Source: Bacteroidales bacterium (GTDB taxonomy: Bacteria; Bacteroidota; Bacteroidia; Bacteroidales; VadinHA17). From it: 64,000 nucleotides of DNA. The stretch covers positions 5,329-69,328 of the forward strand of contig SLNP01000015.1 in the NCBI GenBank assembly GCA_007132995.1. Reading direction: 5' to 3'. Each line of letters begins with the position of its first letter. The stretch's first letter is position 1. Under the pieces are notes generated by a model that did no database searches, was not told the DNA's origin, and was given only the letters and a program-made list of their open reading frames with translations. Shown in pieces: positions 1 through 7,624 of the stretch. The position numbers and the translations under genes are program-made.

Positions 1-405
1 AGATTGACTGAAGAGCTCTGCATACTGGTGAGCCACAAGATCAACTCCGAATGAGTCCTCATAGACATAGTCGAAACCGAGCTCACGAATCATACCGACA
101 AACTTCCTGTAATCGGTAATGTCTTCAAATTCGGATGATATACTGGGAGCAATAAGCGCGGCGCACTTGATATCTGAATCGAGCAGCCTTTTAACATCAT
201 CAATTGAATCTCTGAAACTTACAGCTCCGGGGGTGCAGGAGATATAGCAGAGACCGCATCCTATGCATCTGGCGGGGTTGATAAACGGGTGCTCCCGGTC
301 AGAGCGAACTTCTATCGCCTTTACCGGGCATACTCTTATACATGAGTAGCTGTTTCTGCAGCGTTCATCGTTGATATATACCTCAGGGCTTCTCTCCTTG
401 TTCAT
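1..405 (-). CDS. [FeFe]-hydrogenase-like protein, N-terminal part only (the gene continues left of the window). It has two ferredoxin-type Cys motifs followed by a hydrogenase large-subunit-like region.
   Basis: Own reverse translation from the ATG (cat at 403-405): MNKERSPEVYINDERCRNSYSCIRVCPVKAIEV...ARCIGCGLCYISCTPGAV...AALIAPSISSEF...GFDYVYEDSFGVDLVA. It is collinear with the N-terminus of the 5188..7170 protein. It is absent from the ORF track because it runs off the edge. Confidence 0.6.
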   Translation of the reverse strand, partial: MNKERSPEVYINDERCRNSYSCIRVCPVKAIEVRSDREHPFINPARCIGCGLCYISCTPGAVSFRDSIDDVKRLLDSDIKCAALIAPSISSEFEDITDYRKFVGMIRELGFDYVYEDSFGVDLVAHQYAELFSQS

Positions 406-518
406 GCTCTTAAACTTTTATCGTAAATCTTTTGCTCTACCTCCCTTTAATGTTCCGCTCTGCCCTGTGACGGGTAAAAAGCCTGCATTACAGATAGCTG
501 TCTGCTGTGGCGACAGGG

Positions 519-764
519 CTACATAAGATGAGTGTCAAGAATTTTCTCGATGTTCGATACGGAAACATCTTCTATAATGTCTCCGTCTATCATAATTACA
601 GGGCCGCTGCTGCAGCGGTCAAGGCAGCGGGCTCCCCTGAAGTTGACTCGCTCCTCCAGATGCCTCTTTCTCAGGTAATCTTTTATGCTCTTTATCAGAT
701 CTCTGTTTCCGCGCGAGAAACAGGAGCTACCCAGACATACTTCAATCTTATATGTTCTTGCCAT
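519..764 (-). CDS. Small thioredoxin-like [2Fe-2S] ferredoxin (NuoE-fold), 81 aa
   Basis: Track ORF 519..995 trimmed to the internal Met: MARTYKIEVCLGSSCFSRGN...RGARCLDRCSSGPVIMIDG. The Cx4C...Cx3C pattern and 'GPV' are typical of this family. The upstream part of the ORF is AT-rich and looks non-coding. Confidence 0.65.
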   Translation of the reverse strand: MARTYKIEVCLGSSCFSRGNRDLIKSIKDYLRKRHLEERVNFRGARCLDRCSSGPVIMIDGDIIEDVSVSNIEKILDTHLM

Positions 765-909
765 AACGGAGTAATAGAGTGAAAAACGAGCCGCTGCAGA
801 TAACATAACTCTTTGATGACCGCTCTCTTTTTTAATAAGAGATCGGTTAACAACAGCTGACACTTCTGTAAAGTTAAGAAAATGGCAGATAAAACCTGTC
901 TCATGCTTG

Positions 910-917
910 CAAAAATA
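910..917 (-). promoter_or_regulatory. Candidate Bacteroidota -7 promoter box (TAnnTTTG on the minus strand; CAAAAATA on plus) for the minus-strand ferredoxin/hydrogenase-like genes
   Basis: Exact match to the TAnnTTTG consensus when read on the minus strand. It lies in the divergent intergenic region 765..1012. Confidence 0.3.
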
Positions 918-931
918 AGCATATATATTGC

Positions 932-949
932 TTGTTACATAAATAACAA
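932..949. promoter_or_regulatory. Rex-operator-like perfect palindrome TTGTTAcataaaTAACAA in the divergent hydrogenase promoter region
   Basis: The 6-6-6 inverted repeat was read directly. It matches 12 of 14 defined positions of the Clostridial-type Rex box TTGTTAAnnnnTTAACAA (consensus from memory). A third TAACAA hexamer is at 961..966. A rex gene is encoded 8 kb downstream. Confidence 0.4.
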
Positions 950-976
950 TGTTTATTCGGTAACAATAATTATTCA

Positions 977-984
977 TATATTTG
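977..984 (+). promoter_or_regulatory. Candidate -7 promoter box TATATTTG (TAnnTTTG) for the nuoE-like/nuoF-like/hydA-like operon
   Basis: Exact consensus match 29 nt upstream of the ATG at 1013. Confidence 0.4.
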
Positions 985-1012
985 GTCGCACACAATAGTA
1001 ATATGAGTAATA

Positions 1013-1483
1013 ATGACAGATAGCGTTGAGAAAATAGTCTCCTCCTATAAGAGCGGCAGGAGGGAGGATCTTATACCAATTCTTCAAAAGATACAAGAGG
1101 CCGTCGGATATATTCCGGAGGAGGCGATAGTGGCTATCGGGAATAAGCTTAAAATAAGTACCACAAAGATATATGGGCTGGCCACCTTTTATGATCAGTT
1201 CAGGTTTTTCCCACAAGGGAAGATACATATAACTATATGTAATGGTACAACATGCTATATTAACGGAGCCTCAGATGTTATAGAGGCTGTAAGGGAGTTT
1301 GTGGGTACTGAGCCCGGTGATACATCGCGCGATAAGTTGTTCAGCTACGAGGTAACAACCTGTGTCGGCGGGTGCCACTCCTCTCCTGTTATTCTTGTAA
1401 ACGGAGAGTATCACGCCCCTGTAACACCGGAGAGTATTTCCGAGATGCTGAGCAAACTCAGAGTTGTAATCGAAAATGAGTGA
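1013..1483 (+). CDS. nuoE: NuoE-like [2Fe-2S] subunit of a multimeric NAD(P)H-linked [FeFe] hydrogenase (HydC/HndA type)
   Basis: 156 aa. Motifs ICNGTTCYINGA...TTCVGGCHSSPV give the Cx4C...Cx3C pattern of the NuoE family. It overlaps the next gene through a stop/start GTGA. Confidence 0.85.
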   Translation: MTDSVEKIVSSYKSGRREDLIPILQKIQEAVGYIPEEAIVAIGNKLKISTTKIYGLATFYDQFRFFPQGKIHITICNGTTCYINGASDVIEAVREFVGTEPGDTSRDKLFSYEVTTCVGGCHSSPVILVNGEYHAPVTPESISEMLSKLRVVIENE

Positions 1484-3426
1484 TAAGCCCGATGGATGAT
1501 ACTATAAAGAGTTTTTTAACTGAAAAGGTACTGCTTGCCGGTAGTGATACCCTGCCGCCGGAGGTGGAATCGAGACTTGAACTTATAAGGCGCGACAGGG
1601 TCGATAATCCGGTGATATTTGTCTCATATGGAACAGCAGCTGTTATATCGGGTGCCGACAGAACAGTAAGGGCGATAGAAGAGTTCCTGGAAGAGAGCGG
1701 CTCTGATGCCATCACCGTAAAGGCACGGTGCGATGGCCCCGCCGACTACGAACCCATGGTCGGTATTCAGATGCCGGGAAAAAACCGGCTTCTCTTCAGA
1801 AATGTGACTGATGAGAAGGTCGACTCTCTTCTTAACTCAGTATTTCATTCAGATATTCCTGCCGACGACCTTGTGGGACAGGCAGGGGCCAGAGGTTTTG
1901 TGAAATGGCATGGAATCACCTTCCTCTCAGAGCTACTCTGGTATGCCCTGCAGAAAAGAGTGGTTACCGAATCGGAGTGCTGGTACACCCCCGAAAATAT
2001 TGAGGAGTATATAGCAAGAGGAGGTTACCGATCTTTTGTAAAGACAATAAGACACTACACCCTTGAAGAGGTGTGCGACATAATAGAGAAGAGCGGACTG
2101 AGGGGTAGAAGCGGAGGAGGATTCCCGACAGGACAGAAATGGAAGAGTGCCCTCAATACATCTTCCAACACAAAGTACCTTATATGTAACGCAAAAGAGA
2201 GCGATCCGGGGGGATATACAGACAGGGTGCTGATTGAGAATGATCCTCACAGAGTTATAGAGGGAATTGCCATAGCGGCATATGGAACCGGTGCTACATC
2301 GGCCTATATCTATCTGCGAGCAGGCGCCCGGATAGCACAGCGGCGCCTTGAAGAGTCTATCGCAAGGGCCAGGGAGTACGGTCTGCTGGGTCATAACATC
2401 TTTTCCAGTGGCTTTAACCTTGATATCACCGTGGCAATGGAGGCTGGAGCCTTCGTGTGCGGAGAAGAGACAGCCCTGATAGGCAGTCTGAGTGGCAAAA
2501 GGGGCATGCCTGAAATTAAACCGCCATTTCCCGCCCACTCGGGACTCTTCGGAAAGCCAACAGTAATAAACAATGTTGAGACATTGATGAATGTGCCCAA
2601 AATTATGTCTCACGGGCCTGAATGGTTTCGTGAAACCGGATCTGAAAATAGTAGCGGTACCAAGGTTCTGGCTCTCGGAGGCAGAACTGTAAGATCGGGT
2701 ATTGTAGAGGTTGAGATGGGTACTACGCTGAAAACTATATTTGAAGAGATAGCCGGTGGCGTTGCTGACGGAGGTGAGCTGAAGGCCCTGCAACTGGGTG
2801 GTGCCCTTGGATCATTTATTGATCCGGAGATGCTGGAGACTGAACTTGACTTCGAATCTATGGCATCGGCGGGGGCCGGAATAGGCTCAGGCAGCTTTAC
2901 AACAATTGGAGACGATACCTGTGTTGTAGATCTTGTCCGATACTACATGGACTACCTCCATAGCGAGAGCTGTGGTAAATGTATTCCCTGCCGTGAAGGT
3001 ACCGGAAGAATGTCTGAGATTCTGCGTGGCATTACCGAGAAACCGGATGATACCGGAGAGGGAACCCTGGAAAGATTTAAGGGTGTCATGCAGCTTGAAA
3101 CGATAGCAGAGGTTATGAATGAGACCTCCCTTTGCGGACTGGGACAGAATGCCCCGAAACCATTTCTCTCTGCCATTAAAGCTTTCCGCGATGAGTTCGA
3201 ACAACACATCTTCGACCGTAACTGCAGTGCCAATGTTTGCCGGGAACTGAGACGGTTTGTGATCGATGTGGAGAAGTGTACCGGATGCACTGCCTGCGCC
3301 TCCAGGTGCCCGGTAAACGCGATATATGGAACCAGATTGCAGCCATTCTTTATCGTTGAGGATAAATGCATAGGCTGCGGACTATGCTATGAGGTATGTA
3401 AGTTCAGTGCAATATCAGTAAAGTAG
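1480..3426 (+). CDS. nuoF: NuoF-like flavoprotein subunit (HydB/HndC type) with a C-terminal 2x[4Fe-4S] ferredoxin domain
   Basis: 648 aa. FMN/NADH motifs are GRSGGGFPTGQKWKS and CNAKESDPGGYTDR. The NuoF cluster motif is CGKCIPCREG...SLCGLGQ. The C-terminal ferredoxin motifs are CTGCTACASRCP and CIGCGLCYEVC. The start is GTG at 1480; an alternative ATG is at 1492. Confidence 0.85.
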   Translation: MISPMDDTIKSFLTEKVLLAGSDTLPPEVESRLELIRRDRVDNPVIFVSYGTAAVISGADRTVRAIEEFLEESGSDAITVKARCDGPADYEPMVGIQMPGKNRLLFRNVTDEKVDSLLNSVFHSDIPADDLVGQAGARGFVKWHGITFLSELLWYALQKRVVTESECWYTPENIEEYIARGGYRSFVKTIRHYTLEEVCDIIEKSGLRGRSGGGFPTGQKWKSALNTSSNTKYLICNAKESDPGGYTDRVLIENDPHRVIEGIAIAAYGTGATSAYIYLRAGARIAQRRLEESIARAREYGLLGHNIFSSGFNLDITVAMEAGAFVCGEETALIGSLSGKRGMPEIKPPFPAHSGLFGKPTVINNVETLMNVPKIMSHGPEWFRETGSENSSGTKVLALGGRTVRSGIVEVEMGTTLKTIFEEIAGGVADGGELKALQLGGALGSFIDPEMLETELDFESMASAGAGIGSGSFTTIGDDTCVVDLVRYYMDYLHSESCGKCIPCREGTGRMSEILRGITEKPDDTGEGTLERFKGVMQLETIAEVMNETSLCGLGQNAPKPFLSAIKAFRDEFEQHIFDRNCSANVCRELRRFVIDVEKCTGCTACASRCPVNAIYGTRLQPFFIVEDKCIGCGLCYEVCKFSAISVK

Positions 3427-3430
3427 GGCC

Positions 3431-5146
3431 ATGCAGATTACTATAGAGGTGAATAACAGGAAGATAAAGGCTGAAAAAGGTGAGACTATTCTGTCAGCCC
3501 TTAACAGAAACGGAATCCTTATCCCTACACTCTGCCGGATGAGAGACTTTACCCCTACCGGGGCATGCAGGATGTGCGTGGTAGAGGTGGAGGGTAGAGA
3601 TCGCCTCGTAACTGCCTGCTCGCAACCGGTAGAGGAGTGGATGCGTATTATGACCCACTCGCAGAGAGTTATCAGATCAAGGAAGACGATAGTGGAACTT
3701 CTGCTCTCAAATCACCCCGATGACTGCCTCTACTGTAACAGGAATCTTAACTGTGAATTGCAGCGCCTGGCTGAAGAGCTCAATATTAACGAGAGACGCA
3801 TACGGGGTAAGAAGATTCAGATGAGGCTTGACCAGTCGAGTCATTCGGTGGTCAGAGAGCTCTCAAAGTGTATTCTGTGTGGCAGATGTATCAGGGTATG
3901 TGACGAAATTGTAACCGCAACAACCCTCGGATTTCTTAACAGAGGGAAAACTGCGCATGTTGGTACAGCAATGGACAGGGACTTTAACTTCTCCAGCTGC
4001 CTCAACTGCGGGCAGTGTATATTGGTATGCCCTACCGGCGCACTTCATGAGAAGCACAATACCACTGAGGTAATGGAGTCTCTTAACCGCGACAATGTAA
4101 CCAATGTGATATGCTACTCTCCGGCGGTGCCCTGCGCTGTAGCCGAAATAATGGGATTAAAATACTCGAAAGAGTTCGACCTTGTGCTTAATGCGGTGTT
4201 GCGCCAGATAGGATTCGATAAGGTATATAACTGCGGTTTTGCCACCGACCTCTATATAGACAAGGCAGCAAGGTCACTCTATAGCAGTGTAAAGGAGGGC
4301 AGAAGAGAGACAACATACCTCTCTGCATGTCCGGCATGGCTGAAGTATGCCGAACAGAAGCTGCCCGGGGAAATCGGATCTCTCTCAACCCTGAAAATAC
4401 CGCAGCAGATTGCCGGAGCTATTGTTAAGGGTGTTGTTGCAGAAGATATCTCCGGGGGCAATTCAGAGATATTTACTGTCTCTGTTACTCCATGTACCGG
4501 AATGAAGTTTGAATCGCGCCGTGACGGAATGACCAGGAAGGGGGTTAGTGATATTGATGCAGTAATTACTGTTACCGAACTCTCGAGGCTTATAAGACTT
4601 TTCGGTGTTGATATTACCAGCCCCTCCGGAGAGCCGGCCGATGCTCCGATGAATATCAGAAGCTCTTCGGCTCTCCTTACTGAGGTTTCAGGTGGCTATA
4701 CCGAAGCAATTGTACGCTCTCTTATGCACCTGAGTGGTTCAGGTGAACCGGAGAAGAAAATTTTCAGGAAGCTTCGTAATAACCATGGATTCAGAGATTT
4801 GTCGCTTGCTATTGGTGATGAACAGTACAGTTTCGCTATCGTGGATGGTCTGCACTCACTCGAAAGACTCAATGCAGAGATCAGTGGCGGTAAAAGTTAC
4901 GATATTGTTGAGGTCATGGTGTGCCCCTCCGGATGCGTTCACGGTGGGGGGCTGGCCTTTTTCTCTTCCAAAGAGGTTCTCAGAACAAGAGCTAGACAGA
5001 TATATGCCACGGAAGAGTCCGAGGCTGTTAATACCGCCTCGCGCTCACCTGCCCTGCTCTCATTTTATGAGGAGTATGGAGATTTTAGTGATGAGCGGGG
5101 AGAGATACTTCACACCAAATACAATGCACGCGATGTGCTGCTTTAA
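3431..5146 (+). CDS. hydA: [FeFe]-hydrogenase large subunit, M3 architecture ([2Fe-2S] + His-ligated [4Fe-4S] + 2x[4Fe-4S] + H-domain), with a non-canonical L1 motif
   Basis: 571 aa. N-terminal cluster motifs: CRMRDFTPTGACRMC, HPDDCLYCNRNLNC, CILCGRCIRVC and CLNCGQCILVCP. H-domain motifs: LSACPAW (L1), VTPCTGMKFE (L2) and EVMVCPSGCVHGGG (L3). Confidence 0.85.
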   Translation: MQITIEVNNRKIKAEKGETILSALNRNGILIPTLCRMRDFTPTGACRMCVVEVEGRDRLVTACSQPVEEWMRIMTHSQRVIRSRKTIVELLLSNHPDDCLYCNRNLNCELQRLAEELNINERRIRGKKIQMRLDQSSHSVVRELSKCILCGRCIRVCDEIVTATTLGFLNRGKTAHVGTAMDRDFNFSSCLNCGQCILVCPTGALHEKHNTTEVMESLNRDNVTNVICYSPAVPCAVAEIMGLKYSKEFDLVLNAVLRQIGFDKVYNCGFATDLYIDKAARSLYSSVKEGRRETTYLSACPAWLKYAEQKLPGEIGSLSTLKIPQQIAGAIVKGVVAEDISGGNSEIFTVSVTPCTGMKFESRRDGMTRKGVSDIDAVITVTELSRLIRLFGVDITSPSGEPADAPMNIRSSSALLTEVSGGYTEAIVRSLMHLSGSGEPEKKIFRKLRNNHGFRDLSLAIGDEQYSFAIVDGLHSLERLNAEISGGKSYDIVEVMVCPSGCVHGGGLAFFSSKEVLRTRARQIYATEESEAVNTASRSPALLSFYEEYGDFSDERGEILHTKYNARDVLL

Positions 5147-5187
5147 AGGTAAACATCACCGGCAGAACAGTTGTTGATAACTGAAGG

Positions 5188-7170
5188 GTGGTAAAAGAGA
5201 TACAGAGTATGTTGGTATATACAATAAAAGAGCTTTGCAGAACATGCTATACCTGTGTAAGGGAGTGCCCTGCAAAGGCTATTAGAATAGTAGGCGGACA
5301 GGCTGAGGTTATCGAGGACAGGTGTATTGCCTGCGGCAACTGTACCAAAGTATGCAGCCAGGGGGCGAAGGTTTTTCTGAAAACAAACGATAAGGTTGAA
5401 AGGTTGCTCGATTCCGACAGGGAGGTTGCAGCTATTGTTGCACCGAGCTTCCCGGCCGAGTTTCAGGAAGCACCCACCCATAAACATCTGGTTGGAATGG
5501 TTCGTGCCCTGGGTTTCAATTATGTGTCGGAGGTCTCTTTCGGCGCAGATCTGATTGCGGCAAAGTACAGGGAGTTGCTTGCAAAAACTCCCGGGGGAAC
5601 CTATATCAGTTCTGACTGCCCTTCGATAGTGAACTTTATTAGATTCTATCATCCTCATCTGGCACCGAACCTGGTTCCTCTTGTCTCGCCCATGGTTGCC
5701 ATGATGAAGGTTGTGAGAAGCATGTATGGCGAGGATACCCCGGTGGTTTTTATCGGACCCTGCGTGGCAAAAAAATCGGAGAGCAACACTCTCGATGCGG
5801 CTATAACATTTCTGGAGCTGAGAGAGATGTTTGAGGGCAGGGGTATAACCGCCGATAATATTGAACCTTCGGAGTTTGACCCTCCTCTGGGAGGCAAGGG
5901 TGCAATTTTTCCTGTTACCAGAGGCCTGCTTCAGACCGCCGGTATAAGTGATGATGCCATTACAGGAAACATTATTGCGGCCGAAGGCAGAATCGATTTT
6001 CAGGAGGCGATAAAAGAGTATGAGGCAGGAATGATAAGTCAACATCTGGAGCTGCTCTGCTGTGAGGGATGTATAATGGGCCCCGGCCTTTCGAGAAAGG
6101 GGAAGCCCTATAACAGAAGGGTGCTGGTAAGCAAGTATGCTCAGAGCAAAATGGAAGACTTTGACCTAAGGCAGTGGGAAAAGGATATAGAGAGGTTTTC
6201 CGGACTCGATTTCTATATTAAACATCTGCCCGATGACCACAGGAGGCTTATGCCATCGAAGGATGACCTTAAGGAGGTTCTGGAGTCAATGGGCAAATTT
6301 ACAGATAAAGATCACCTTGATTGTGGTGCCTGTGGATATGAAACCTGTATGGAACATGCCGGTGCCATAAAGCATGGCCTTGCCGAGGTGGAGATGTGCC
6401 TGCCTTATATAATTGAGAAGCTGCACAAGTCGGTTGAGGATCTGGCCCTCTCGAACAAAAAACTGACCACAATGCAACAGGCTCTCAAGCAGTCTGAAAA
6501 ACTTGCCCATATGGGTCAGCTATCTGCCGGAATTGCTCATGAACTCAACAATCCTCTTGGGGTTGTAATAATGTACAGCAACCTGCTTCTTGAGGAGGAG
6601 GGAACCAGTGACCAGTTGAAAGAGGATCTTAAACTGATAGTAGAACAGGCCGGAAGGTGCAAGAAGATAGTGGCAGGACTTCTCAATTTCGCCAGAAAGA
6701 GCCAGGTGAACCATCAGTCTATCAATATGAGGGAGTTTATAGAGCAGGGTCTCGATAGCCTTATATTGCCGGAAAATGTGAATGTGGTAATTAACGACCA
6801 TACGACAAATCCAAACCTGATGGTCGACACCGAACAGATGACTCAGGTTGTTACCAATATTATTAAAAATGCCTATGAGGCCATGCCTGATGGTGGTGAT
6901 ATAACCATTACCATTGAGGATAGCTTCGGCGATGTCTCGTTTGTAATAGCCGATACTGGAAGCGGGATAAGACAGGAGGATCTCTCCAAGGTCTTCGAAC
7001 CCTTCTTTACTACCAAACCTATTGGACTGGGTACAGGCCTGGGGCTCGCTACAACATACGGTATAGTAAAGATGCATAAGGGACAGATAACCGTCGAGTC
7101 AAACTGTGACCCGGAGAAAGGGCCAACAGGCACAAGCTTTAAAATAATACTACCCAGAAGAAGAGAGTAG
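5188..7170 (+). CDS. Fusion of a sensory-type [FeFe]-hydrogenase domain with a histidine kinase (group C1-like, putative H2 sensor kinase)
   Basis: 660 aa. Motifs in order: CRTCYTCVRECP and CIACGNCTKVC; SSDCPS / IGPCVAKKSE / LLCCEGCIMGPG; CGACGYETC-x16-C; H-box GIAHELNNPL; N box NIIKNAYEAM; G boxes DTGSGI and GTGLGLA. The start is GTG at 5188 or ATG at 5209. Confidence 0.8.
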   Translation: MVKEIQSMLVYTIKELCRTCYTCVRECPAKAIRIVGGQAEVIEDRCIACGNCTKVCSQGAKVFLKTNDKVERLLDSDREVAAIVAPSFPAEFQEAPTHKHLVGMVRALGFNYVSEVSFGADLIAAKYRELLAKTPGGTYISSDCPSIVNFIRFYHPHLAPNLVPLVSPMVAMMKVVRSMYGEDTPVVFIGPCVAKKSESNTLDAAITFLELREMFEGRGITADNIEPSEFDPPLGGKGAIFPVTRGLLQTAGISDDAITGNIIAAEGRIDFQEAIKEYEAGMISQHLELLCCEGCIMGPGLSRKGKPYNRRVLVSKYAQSKMEDFDLRQWEKDIERFSGLDFYIKHLPDDHRRLMPSKDDLKEVLESMGKFTDKDHLDCGACGYETCMEHAGAIKHGLAEVEMCLPYIIEKLHKSVEDLALSNKKLTTMQQALKQSEKLAHMGQLSAGIAHELNNPLGVVIMYSNLLLEEEGTSDQLKEDLKLIVEQAGRCKKIVAGLLNFARKSQVNHQSINMREFIEQGLDSLILPENVNVVINDHTTNPNLMVDTEQMTQVVTNIIKNAYEAMPDGGDITITIEDSFGDVSFVIADTGSGIRQEDLSKVFEPFFTTKPIGLGTGLGLATTYGIVKMHKGQITVESNCDPEKGPTGTSFKIILPRRRE

Positions 7171-7227
7171 ATAGCGGGCACCGTGCAGGGTTGCCCTTAA
7201 TTACAATAAAATGACAATCTTTGCAGA

Positions 7228-7623
7228 ATGAATAAGAGTGATTACACCATACTGGTCGCCGATGATGATCCCGACTATCTTTTTCAGACCGTTAACGGCC
7301 TGAAAATGGCCGGATACAATACTGTGGCAGTAGAGAGCCAGGCAGAGGCAGAATCTCTGCTAGAGAGACTTAGACCGGATCTTGCCGTCTTTGACCTTAT
7401 GATGGAGAGTGATGACAGTGGCTTTGTTCTCTGTTATAAACTTAAAAGGAAGTACCCCGATGTTCCTGTCATTCTTGCCACCGCAGTTTCACATGAGAGA
7501 GGGCTCTCATTTGCACAGGATTCGGTAGGTGAGAGATCGTGGATAAAGGCCGACAGGTATCTTGAGAAGGGTATAAGGCCTGAGCAGCTGGATCAGGAGA
7601 TAATGAAACTGCTAAAGATTTAA
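7228..7623 (+). CDS. Stand-alone response-regulator receiver (REC only, no output domain)
   Basis: 131 aa. Receiver residues: ILVADDDP, acceptor region LAVFDLMM, ILATAV and LEKG. Confidence 0.8.
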   Translation: MNKSDYTILVADDDPDYLFQTVNGLKMAGYNTVAVESQAEAESLLERLRPDLAVFDLMMESDDSGFVLCYKLKRKYPDVPVILATAVSHERGLSFAQDSVGERSWIKADRYLEKGIRPEQLDQEIMKLLKI

Positions 7624-7624
7624 T

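Noticed and set aside
507-995. Plus-strand 91-aa ORF (507..782) and the full 158-aa version of the minus ORF (519..995).
   Set aside because: The plus ORF is antisense to the [2Fe-2S] ferredoxin. The N-terminal 77 codons of the minus ORF run through AT-rich promoter DNA (MCATKYMNNYCYRINIV...) and are unlikely to be translated.
1933-2793. 286-aa minus-strand ORF inside the nuoF-like gene. Similar long antisense ORFs are at 5143..6045 (300 aa), 6520..7077, 7469..8101, 24960..25499, 35799..36323 and 20152..20571.
   Set aside because: Each lies entirely antisense to a CDS with clear family motifs. Their composition is odd (Cys/Ser/Arg/Leu-rich) and they have no recognisable motifs. They are typical shadow ORFs of a moderately GC-rich coding strand.
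4734-5177. 147-aa plus-strand ORF overlapping the 3' end of hydA in another frame.
   Set aside because: The hydA frame carries the L3 motif and the small-subunit-like C-terminus through this region. The alternative frame has no motifs.
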